A stretch of DNA of 64,000 nucleotides from Nitrospirota bacterium. GTDB lineage: Bacteria > Nitrospirota > Thermodesulfovibrionia > Thermodesulfovibrionales > UBA9159. Every line of letters starts with the position of its first letter. Position 1 is the first letter of the stretch. Below, piece after piece: positions 49,447-57,227 of this stretch. The notes under the pieces were generated by a model that saw nothing but the letters and a program-made list of their open reading frames with translations, did not search any database and was not told the origin of the DNA. The stretch spans positions 4,951-68,950 of the forward strand of contig JAMCWJ010000076.1 of the NCBI GenBank assembly GCA_023475105.1, given 5' to 3'. The position numbers and the translations under genes are program-made.

Positions 49447-51054
49447 ATGATTCGTAAATCCCTGAACTCCCTTGCCGGCAAGCTCATCATCGCAGTGGGG
49501 ACCTTGATGACCCTCGGCAGCATCATTTTCGGCTTCACCTTCATCCGCTATGAAGAAAAGATCATGATGAACAACCTGGTGAGTTACGCCTCTTCGACCG
49601 CGGACCTCGTCAAGAAAGGCGTCTCCTACGACATGCTATCCGGTCATCGCGAGGCGATAGCACAGACGATCGAAATCGTCGGTTCCGGCTCCGAGATCAG
49701 GGACATCGCGCTGTTCGACAAGCGGGGGAAGATCGTCTTCTCCTCGAAGAAATCCGAAGTGGGCAGGACCGTCGGAAAAGATTCTTCGACCTGCAGGATC
49801 TGCCATAAAGGAGACGGGAAACCCCTCATTGCGATCCCCGAATCGAAACACTGGGCCATTGTGACATCCCCCTCGGGAGTGAAGGTGATGAAACTCGTCA
49901 TGCCGATCTATAACGAGACTGCCTGCTTCTCGGCGTCCTGCCATTATCATCCGAAGGAAAAGAGGATCCTCGGGATTCTCGAAACGAACTTCAGCACCGC
50001 GACCGTAGACACGGCGATCAAACAGAACCGCATCGGCACCTTCCTCTTCGGCGGGCTGTTCATCATCATGATTTCTTTCTGTCTCTGCATCATCCTTTAT
50101 AAGTTCGTCTCGCGGCCGGTTTCCCTCCTCGATGAAGGCATGCACAAGCTCGCCCGCGGGCAACTCGACCATGTCATAGAGATCCATTCGAAGGACGAGA
50201 TGGGGCTCCTCGCTAATACCTTCAACACCATGGCCGGCGACATAAAAAGGTACCAGGACAATATGGAGAACTGGACAAAAGCCCTGGAGGAGGAGATCCA
50301 GAAGAAGACCTCGGAGATCATGAAGGCCCATGATCAGCTCATCAACGCAGAGAAGCTCGCGTCCCTCGGCAGGATGGCGGCGGGCGTCGCGCACGAACTG
50401 AACAGCCCCCTGACGGGGATCGTCACGTTTGCCCATCTCATGCTGAAAAGGATGCCGCCCGAGAACAGGCAGGACATCGAGGATCTCGAGGTGATTATCG
50501 AACAGGCGGAGAGGTGTTCAAAAATCGTCAAGGGGCTCCTCGGCTTTTCGCGGAAGACGAGCGCCGAGAAGGCCTTCGTAAACATCAATACCCTGACGGA
50601 AAACACGATAGCCATGGTGAGGAACCAGGCGAAGTTCCACAACATAAAATTCAACCTGAAATTCGACGACTCCGTCCCCGAGATACCGACCGATCCGAAC
50701 CAGCTGCAGCAGGTCTTCATCAACCTCTTCATTAATGCTGCGGATGCGATGAACGAAAGGGGCCAGGTCACCGTCGCGACGAGGCTGATATCCGATACCA
50801 CCGCCGGCAGGAAGTTTGTGGAGATAGAATTCAGCGACACGGGGCCGGGAATCCCCGAGGAGTTGCTCGGCCGGGTCTTCGAACCCTTCTTCACTACCAA
50901 GCCGGTCGGCAAGGGCACCGGCCTGGGCCTTGCGGTGAGCTACGGGATCATCAAGAAGCACGGGGGAAACATTTTTGTGAGAAGCGAAATCGGCAAGGGC
51001 GCGAGCTTTTTTGTGAGGCTCCCCATAGAGGATAATGCCGCAGCGGACTCTTAG
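49447..51054 (+). CDS. HAMP-domain sensor histidine kinase with a periplasmic domain carrying heme-c-type motifs
   Basis: Two TM segments flank a loop of about 165 aa containing CRICH (CxxCH) and CFSASCH (Cx4CH). HAMP, the H-box AAGVAHELNSPL, and the N/G1/G2 boxes of HATPase_c follow. Confidence 0.85.
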   Translation: MIRKSLNSLAGKLIIAVGTLMTLGSIIFGFTFIRYEEKIMMNNLVSYASSTADLVKKGVSYDMLSGHREAIAQTIEIVGSGSEIRDIALFDKRGKIVFSSKKSEVGRTVGKDSSTCRICHKGDGKPLIAIPESKHWAIVTSPSGVKVMKLVMPIYNETACFSASCHYHPKEKRILGILETNFSTATVDTAIKQNRIGTFLFGGLFIIMISFCLCIILYKFVSRPVSLLDEGMHKLARGQLDHVIEIHSKDEMGLLANTFNTMAGDIKRYQDNMENWTKALEEEIQKKTSEIMKAHDQLINAEKLASLGRMAAGVAHELNSPLTGIVTFAHLMLKRMPPENRQDIEDLEVIIEQAERCSKIVKGLLGFSRKTSAEKAFVNINTLTENTIAMVRNQAKFHNIKFNLKFDDSVPEIPTDPNQLQQVFINLFINAADAMNERGQVTVATRLISDTTAGRKFVEIEFSDTGPGIPEELLGRVFEPFFTTKPVGKGTGLGLAVSYGIIKKHGGNIFVRSEIGKGASFFVRLPIEDNAAADS

Positions 51055-51106
51055 CGGATCGAAAGGGAAATAGCGGACTACGGTGCGTGATGAGGAAGGA
51101 GAAAGC

Positions 51107-51466
51107 ATGACCCTCGGGAGAGTAATCGAGATACTGGAAGCAGAGGTGGTCGTTGATGCGATCGACAGAGAAATGGAAATCCGCTCGATATGCAGTTCCG
51201 ATCTCATGAGCGACCTTCTTCACTTTTCGAGCAGACCGAAGTCCATACTCATCACGGGCCTCAACAACACACAGGCGATCAGGACGGCCGAAATTGCGGA
51301 CATAAAGGGGATCGTCTTCGTGCTCGACAAGAGGCCGGACAAGGAAACGGTCCGCATGGCGCGGGAGAAGGGCATCCCCCTGATGGTGACGAGACTGTCG
51401 AGGTTCACCGCCTGCGGCAGGCTCTATGCAGCGGGGCTCGGCAGCTGCACCGGGGAGGACCGGTGA
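51107..51466 (+). CDS. DRTGG domain protein
   Basis: The ATG at 51107 follows GGAAGGAG. The pattern …SDLMSDLL…ILITGLNNTQAIRTA…GIPL… is DRTGG-like. Confidence 0.65.
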   Translation: MTLGRVIEILEAEVVVDAIDREMEIRSICSSDLMSDLLHFSSRPKSILITGLNNTQAIRTAEIADIKGIVFVLDKRPDKETVRMAREKGIPLMVTRLSRFTACGRLYAAGLGSCTGEDR

Positions 51467-51906
51467 CCAGAAGGAACATCGAGGGAAGCTTCCATCTCAG
51501 CGGAGGGGATTTTACCAATGCGGGCGCGGCATCGAGTGAATTGAAATCAATCCTGACAAACCTCGGTATCAACCCGGAAATCGTCCGGCGGGCGGCCATC
51601 GCCACCTTCGAGGCGGAGATGAACGTGATCATCCACGCCGTCGCGGGAGTGATGTACTACCTCATCACCCAGGACACCATCAAGGTTGTCCTGAACGACA
51701 TGGGTCCCGGCATCCCCGACATCGACCGGGCGATGACGGAAGGCTATTCTACTGCGCCTGATTGGATACGGGAGATGGGCTGGGGCGCGGGAATGGGGCT
51801 GCCGAACATGAAGAAGAACTCCGATAGATTCAAACTAGACTCGGTTGTCGGAGAGGGGACAACGGTAGAGATCATCATACGGATCAAGGAGGGCAAAACA
51901 GAATGA
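51463..51906 (+). CDS. HATPase_c-only protein (RsbW/anti-sigma-factor-kinase-like)
   Basis: GTG at 51463 (GTGA overlap with the upstream stop) is preceded by GGGGAGGA. Boxes are EAEMNVIIHA (N), NDMGPGIPD (G1) and GAGMGLPN (G2). Confidence 0.7.
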   Translation: MTRRNIEGSFHLSGGDFTNAGAASSELKSILTNLGINPEIVRRAAIATFEAEMNVIIHAVAGVMYYLITQDTIKVVLNDMGPGIPDIDRAMTEGYSTAPDWIREMGWGAGMGLPNMKKNSDRFKLDSVVGEGTTVEIIIRIKEGKTE

Positions 51907-52238
51907 ACGTGCAAGAGATTGTCGACGCCTTGTCTCTGGAAGTGAAAACTGCAAAGGGAGACCTCAGCCGTACGGTTACCGGGTGCTATATCAGCGACCT
52001 GCTCTCCGACGTGATGGCGAACGCCAAAGAGGGCGAGATATGGATCACCCTCCAGACCCATCCGAACGTCGTGGCCGTGGCCTCCCTCAAGAACCTCGGA
52101 GGCATTATCGTGACAAACAGACGTAGCCCGGAAGCGGAGACGCTCCAGAAAGCCGAGAACGAAGGCGTCGTTATCGCGGTAAGCCCCCTCTCGACATTCG
52201 AGGTGGGAGGCATGCTTTACAAGATGCTGCGATGCTGA
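51903..52238 (+). CDS. DRTGG domain protein (paralogue of 51107..51466)
   Basis: ATGA overlap with the upstream stop. …SDLLSDVM…WITLQTHPNVVAVA…GVVI… follows the same pattern as the first DRTGG gene. Confidence 0.65.
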   Translation: MNVQEIVDALSLEVKTAKGDLSRTVTGCYISDLLSDVMANAKEGEIWITLQTHPNVVAVASLKNLGGIIVTNRRSPEAETLQKAENEGVVIAVSPLSTFEVGGMLYKMLRC

Positions 52239-52975
52239 AACCGTACCATGCCGACCTCCATATGCATACCTGCCTTTCTCCGTGCGCAGAAATCGATATG
52301 ACCCCGCGCGAAATAGTCGCAGCTGCCCTCAGGAGAGGGCTGCATCTCATCGCTGTTACAGACCACAACTCGGCCGAAAATGCGGAGGCAACGAGAAGAG
52401 CCGCCGAAGGGACGGGGCTTGTGGTCTTCGCGGGCATGGAAGTCACTTCGTCCGAGGAAGTGCATATCCTCGCGCTCTTCGAGTCACCTGACGGGGCCGG
52501 GGCGCTCCAGGACGTGGTGCACAGAAACCTTCCCGCCGGCGAGAACGATGAGAGGCTGTACGGGCACCAGATAATCGTGAACAAGGACAATGAAGTGATG
52601 GGCTTCGACAGGCGGCTGCTTATCGCGGCCACCGGACTCAATGCCCGTGCCCTTGTCGACCTGATCCGGTCGCTTGAGGGTGTCTCGATCGCAAGTCATG
52701 TCGACCGAGAGGCCTTCAGCGTTCTCTCACAGCTGGGATTCATCCCTGAAGACCTCAGATTCGACGCCGTCGAGCTTTCGCCGAAAGTGGGAAGGCAAGC
52801 GGCGGAACGGCTCTTCGGTGGTCTGAAGAGATTTCCCTGGGTCTCCTTTTCGGACGCCCACTACATCAGGGACATCGGCAAGAGAGTCACCACCTTCATG
52901 CTGGAGGAGGCGACCTTCGGAGAGATGAAGGCCGCGCTTGCCTCCGCAGGCGGCAGGGACATCTTCTGGGAGTGA
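52232..52975 (+). CDS. PHP-domain phosphoesterase
   Basis: HADLHMHTCLSPCA, VTDHNS and the GMEV… metal-ligand pattern of the PHP fold. It overlaps the upstream gene by 7 nt. Confidence 0.75.
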   Translation: MLKPYHADLHMHTCLSPCAEIDMTPREIVAAALRRGLHLIAVTDHNSAENAEATRRAAEGTGLVVFAGMEVTSSEEVHILALFESPDGAGALQDVVHRNLPAGENDERLYGHQIIVNKDNEVMGFDRRLLIAATGLNARALVDLIRSLEGVSIASHVDREAFSVLSQLGFIPEDLRFDAVELSPKVGRQAAERLFGGLKRFPWVSFSDAHYIRDIGKRVTTFMLEEATFGEMKAALASAGGRDIFWE

Positions 52976-52979
52976 CTCC

Positions 52980-53525
52980 ATGGAAGACCTTTCCCTGCAT
53001 ATCCTCGACATCGTCGAGAACTCCGTCGCAGCCGGAGCGACGACCGTGGAGATCACGGTCGAGGAAGATACGGGAAAGGATCTGCTCGGCCTGGAGATAA
53101 AAGACAACGGCAAGGGCATCGATAATGATATGATAGAGGCAGTTACCGACCCTTTCTTCACGACGAAAACAGTGAGGAGGGTGGGACTTGGCCTGCCGCT
53201 GCTGAAACAGGCGGCAGAGGGATGCGAGGGCACCTTCTCTCTCAGGTCGGACAAGGGAAAGGGCACGACGGTGTCAGTCGGCCTCAGACGCAGTCATATC
53301 GACAGAAAGCCGCTGGGTGACATGGCGGCTACGATGATAGTGCTGATAGCCGGCAATCCCGAAACTGACTTTGTCTTCTCGTACAGGAAGGATGAACTCA
53401 GTTACCGGCTGGATACCCGGGAAATCAGGGAAGAGCTGGCAGGGATACCGATCACTTCTCCCGAAGTGCTGAGGATAATACGGGAGGACATGGAGAGAGG
53501 GCTGAGCAAAGAGGCGGCAGGATGA
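52980..53525 (+). CDS. HATPase_c-only ATP-binding protein
   Basis: Start ATG at 52980. Boxes are LDIVENSVAAGA (N), KDNGKGI (G1) and VGLGLPL (G2). There is no HisKA/H-box. Confidence 0.7.
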   Translation: MEDLSLHILDIVENSVAAGATTVEITVEEDTGKDLLGLEIKDNGKGIDNDMIEAVTDPFFTTKTVRRVGLGLPLLKQAAEGCEGTFSLRSDKGKGTTVSVGLRRSHIDRKPLGDMAATMIVLIAGNPETDFVFSYRKDELSYRLDTREIREELAGIPITSPEVLRIIREDMERGLSKEAAG

Positions 53526-53911
53526 GCAAACCCCGGATACTGGTGATCGACGACGAAGAGATTGTGAGAATAAGTTGCAGGAAATGCCTCGCCCCCGAAG
53601 GATATGAAGTGGATCTTGCAGGGAGCGGCGCAGAGGGTATGCGCGTTCTGGCGGAAACCCCGTATGATCTTGTCCTGACCGACCTCAAGATGCCCGATAT
53701 GGACGGCATGGAATTCTTGATGAAGATAAAGGAGGCCAGGCCAGGCACAAAGGTGATCATGATAACCGGATACAGCACCGTGGAACATGCCGAAGAGGCG
53801 ATGCTGCTGGGTGCATGCAATTATGTAGAAAAACCCTTCACCCCCGATACTCTTATCAGGGCGGTAAGGGAAGCATTAGGGGAAGCTGGAAAGCGAAGGG
53901 ACGACGCCTAG
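53522..53911 (+). CDS. stand-alone response-regulator receiver (CheY-like)
   Basis: VIDDE, LVLTDLKMPDMDG, MITGY and EKPF show all phospho-acceptor pocket residues are present. There is no output domain. ATGA overlap with the upstream stop. Confidence 0.9.
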   Translation: MSKPRILVIDDEEIVRISCRKCLAPEGYEVDLAGSGAEGMRVLAETPYDLVLTDLKMPDMDGMEFLMKIKEARPGTKVIMITGYSTVEHAEEAMLLGACNYVEKPFTPDTLIRAVREALGEAGKRRDDA

Positions 53912-54029
53912 CGAACGCCGGAGAGTAGCGTTGTGCCGCAACTCTCACCGCCCTCCGTCCGTGAAGAATGCTTGATAAAGGAGAGTTTATTTATTTATTA
54001 TAATAGCAAGTTGCAAGGAGGGAAATTCA

Positions 54030-54893
54030 ATGGCGGGCAGAATACTTGTGGTAGATGACGAACCTGTCGTTGTCAAGAGCTGTGAGCGCATCCTGACTCC
54101 CGCAGGTTATACCGTGGACGGCGCCTCGAACGGCAACGAGGCCATCGGCAAGCTTGGCAAGGACGGCTATGACCTTGTGGTGACGGATCTCAGGATGCCT
54201 GACATCGACGGCCTTGAACTCATCCGGTGGATCAGAAACTCGAAGCCGGAAACGGGCGTTGTGGTGATTACGGGCTACCCGTCGCAGGAGAGCATACGGG
54301 AAGCCCTCGGCCTCCGGATTCTGGATTACCTGCCGAAACCTTTTTCCCCGGCCCTCCTTACCGAAATCGTCCAGCGCGCCATGGAATACAAGAAGGCGGG
54401 CAAGGTCACTGAGACCCCTCCTTCCGAGGAATACACCGAGGAGATGGCGAAAGAACTCGACGGAATCATCAGGAAATACAGAAAGAAGCCCGGGAGTCTG
54501 ATTCCCGTCCTCCAGGAAGCGCAGGAACTGATCGGCTACCTCCCCCCCTCCGTGCAGAGACACATCGCAAGAGGCTTGAAGGTGCCGGTAAGCGAAGTGC
54601 ACGGCGTGGTGTCGTTCTACTCCTTCTTCACGATGAAACCGAAGGGAAAGCACAACATACGCGTTTGTCTCGGCACGGCCTGCTACGTGAAGGGCGCTGA
54701 AGAGATCGTGAAAAAACTGAGCGAAGGCCTTGCGATCAGCGTCGGCGGCATCACTGAGGACAAGAACTTTTCTCTTGAAACCGTGCGGTGTCTCGGAGCA
54801 TGCGGACTCGCACCTGTTGTCGTAATAGACAAAGACACCCATGGTTCCATCAATGCCGTGAAGGTCCACGAACTCTTGAAAGATTACGAATAG
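54030..54893 (+). CDS. receiver domain fused to a NuoE/HydC-type 2Fe-2S subunit
   Basis: Residues 1-118 form an intact REC domain (VVDDE, VVTDLRMPDIDG, VITGY, PKPF). Residues ~135-287 are NuoE-like, with the 2Fe-2S ligands in CLGTAC and CLGACGLAP. Confidence 0.85.
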   Translation: MAGRILVVDDEPVVVKSCERILTPAGYTVDGASNGNEAIGKLGKDGYDLVVTDLRMPDIDGLELIRWIRNSKPETGVVVITGYPSQESIREALGLRILDYLPKPFSPALLTEIVQRAMEYKKAGKVTETPPSEEYTEEMAKELDGIIRKYRKKPGSLIPVLQEAQELIGYLPPSVQRHIARGLKVPVSEVHGVVSFYSFFTMKPKGKHNIRVCLGTACYVKGAEEIVKKLSEGLAISVGGITEDKNFSLETVRCLGACGLAPVVVIDKDTHGSINAVKVHELLKDYE

Positions 54894-54902
54894 GAGGCGG
54901 AT

Positions 54903-55286
54903 ATGGCCAGGCTGACGATAGAGGATCTGAAAAAAATAAAGGAAGATTACAAGGCGATGCTCACTCTGAGAGAGGGCGGATACAGGGCGAAGATCACCGT
55001 TCATATGGGCACTTGCGGCATTGCCGCGGGCGCGAGAAAAGTGATGGAGGCGCTTCTCGACGAGATAAACACGAGCAATGTAAAAGACGTGATCGTCACC
55101 ACGTCGGGATGCGCCGGGCTCTGCAGCAAGGAGCCGATGGCTACCGTCGAAATGATCAACGAAGCCCCCGTGAAATACGTCCAACTCAACGATGAGAAGA
55201 TACGAAAAATTTTCAAGGAACACGTCCTGAACGGCCGGATCGTCCAGGATTCCGCCCTTGTCATGGGAAGTGAAACGGCATACTGA
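54903..55286 (+). CDS. thioredoxin-like 2Fe-2S ferredoxin (HydD-like small subunit)
   Basis: The HMGTCGIAAGA … SGCAGLCSKEP pattern. AGGAGG lies upstream. Confidence 0.75.
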   Translation: MARLTIEDLKKIKEDYKAMLTLREGGYRAKITVHMGTCGIAAGARKVMEALLDEINTSNVKDVIVTTSGCAGLCSKEPMATVEMINEAPVKYVQLNDEKIRKIFKEHVLNGRIVQDSALVMGSETAY

Positions 55287-55290
55287 GAAT

Positions 55291-55325
55291 AGCATAGGTC
55301 AAATATGACTTATATGACCTATGCT
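55291..55325 (+). other. perfect 11-bp intercistronic stem-loop
   Basis: AGCATAGGTCA (55291..55301) pairs with TGACCTATGCT (55315..55325) around a 13-nt AT-rich loop. It sits between the 2Fe-2S gene stop and the SD of the NuoF-like gene. Confidence 0.6.
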
Positions 55326-55339
55326 TCTTTGGAGGAGGA

Positions 55340-57223
55340 ATGGAAAAGTACCGCGCAAGTGTAATGCTGTGTGGAGGCACCGGTTGCATCGCAGGCGGCA
55401 GTTTGAAGGTCAAGAACGCTCTCGATGCGGAGCTTAAGAATAGAGGTCTCGAAAATGAAATAAACGTCGTTCTCACCGGCTGCAACGGCTTCTGTGCCGA
55501 AGGCCCTGTCATGACCGTCTACCCCGAAGACATTTTTTATGAAAAAGTTACGCTCAACGATGTGCCCCTGATCGTGGAAGAGCACTTTATCAAGGGAAGG
55601 CCGGTGGAGAAACTCATGTACAAGGAGCCGCTGAAGAAGCAGCCCATCCCGCTGATGAAGGAAATCCCCTTCTTCAGCCTCCAGGTGCTCAGGGCGCTGA
55701 GGAACAAGGGGCTCGTCGATGCCGAAAAGATCGAAGAATATATCGCGAGGGACGGATATCAGGCTGCGGCAAAGGCGTTGACGGAGATGACCCCGGCACA
55801 GATAATCGACGAACTGAAGAGGTCGGGGCTCCGGGGAAGAGGGGGCGCGGGCTTCCCCACGGGCATGAAATGGGAACTCTGCGCGCGGGTGCAGGGAGAC
55901 CAGAAGTTCATCCTCTGCAACGGTGACGAAGGGGACCCCGGCGCCTTCATGGACCGGAGTGTCATGGAGGCGGACCCCCATGTGGTCCTTGAGGGAATGA
56001 TAATCGGCGCAAAGGCGATCGGGGCGGACAAGGGGTATATCTATGTGAGGGCGGAATATCCTCTGGCAGTGCACCGTCTGCAACTTGCAATAAACCAGGC
56101 GAAAGAGAACGGACTTCTGGGGAATAATATCCTGGGCACGGGCTTTAACCTCGACATCGAGATATATCTGGGGGCGGGCGCCTTTGTCTGCGGTGAAGAG
56201 ACAGCGCTCATGCGTTCCATCGAAGGGAAACGGGGAATGCCAAGGCCGAGACCTCCCTTCCCCGCCCAGAAAGGACTGTGGGACAAGCCTTCGGTGCTCA
56301 ACAACGTCGAGACCTACGCGAACATTCCCCAGATAATCCTGAACGGCTCCGACTGGTACAGAAGCCTCGGGACGGAAAAATCGACAGGCACAAAGGTCTT
56401 CGCCCTGAGCGGTGCGATAAGCAACATAGGACTTATAGAGGTGCCGATGGGAATTCCCCTCAGGAAGATCATTTATGACATCGGCGGCGGGGTACCCAAG
56501 GGAAGAAAATTCAAGGCCGTTCAGCTCGGCGGGCCTTCCGGAGGGTGTATCCCGGAGCATCTTCTCGATACCCCGGTCACCTATGAAGACATCGTACAGA
56601 CGGGGGCCATCGTCGGTTCGGGCGGTATGGTCGTCATGAACGACCTGAACTGCATGGTGAGCGTCGCAAAATTCTTCCTCGAATTCACCGCGGAGGAATC
56701 CTGCGGCAAATGCCCTCCTTGCAGGATCGGCACCACGGTGATGCTTGATCTCCTGACGAAGATCACCGAGGGGAACGGGAAAGACGGGGACATAGAGCTC
56801 CTCGGCGATATGGCTCTCGACATCATCGCCACCTCCCTGTGCGGACTGGGGCAGACCGCCCCGAACCCCGTGCTGACGACGATAAAATACTTCAAGCAGG
56901 AGTATGAATCACACATCTATGAGAAATGGTGCAAGACCGGTGTCTGCAAAGACCTCTGCACGTTCTATATCGACGAAGAAAAGTGCAAGGCCTGCGGTGT
57001 ATGCAAAAGGGTCTGCCCCCAGAAAGCGGTTACCGGGGAAAAGAAGGTGCCCCACCACATCGATCAGTCTCTCTGCATCCAGTGCCGCTCCTGCTATGAG
57101 GCGTGCAAGTTCGACTCGGTGAAGATAGGCCCGCGGAGCATGAGGGATGAGCTGCTGAACCTCCCCGACCAAGAGGCGCTGAAAAACAAGCAGTTAGAGG
57201 CACTCGCGGGAAAGGGGGAATAG
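55340..57223 (+). CDS. NuoF-like NADH-binding flavoprotein with HydB/HndC-type extra domains
   Basis: N-terminal thioredoxin-like 2Fe-2S domain, FMN/NADH motifs GRGGAGFPTG and GDEGDPGAF, the N3 cluster ESCGKCPPCR, and two C-terminal 4Fe-4S motifs (CKACGVCKRVCP, CIQCRSCYEAC). Confidence 0.9.
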   Translation: MEKYRASVMLCGGTGCIAGGSLKVKNALDAELKNRGLENEINVVLTGCNGFCAEGPVMTVYPEDIFYEKVTLNDVPLIVEEHFIKGRPVEKLMYKEPLKKQPIPLMKEIPFFSLQVLRALRNKGLVDAEKIEEYIARDGYQAAAKALTEMTPAQIIDELKRSGLRGRGGAGFPTGMKWELCARVQGDQKFILCNGDEGDPGAFMDRSVMEADPHVVLEGMIIGAKAIGADKGYIYVRAEYPLAVHRLQLAINQAKENGLLGNNILGTGFNLDIEIYLGAGAFVCGEETALMRSIEGKRGMPRPRPPFPAQKGLWDKPSVLNNVETYANIPQIILNGSDWYRSLGTEKSTGTKVFALSGAISNIGLIEVPMGIPLRKIIYDIGGGVPKGRKFKAVQLGGPSGGCIPEHLLDTPVTYEDIVQTGAIVGSGGMVVMNDLNCMVSVAKFFLEFTAEESCGKCPPCRIGTTVMLDLLTKITEGNGKDGDIELLGDMALDIIATSLCGLGQTAPNPVLTTIKYFKQEYESHIYEKWCKTGVCKDLCTFYIDEEKCKACGVCKRVCPQKAVTGEKKVPHHIDQSLCIQCRSCYEACKFDSVKIGPRSMRDELLNLPDQEALKNKQLEALAGKGE

Positions 57224-57227
57224 GGAA

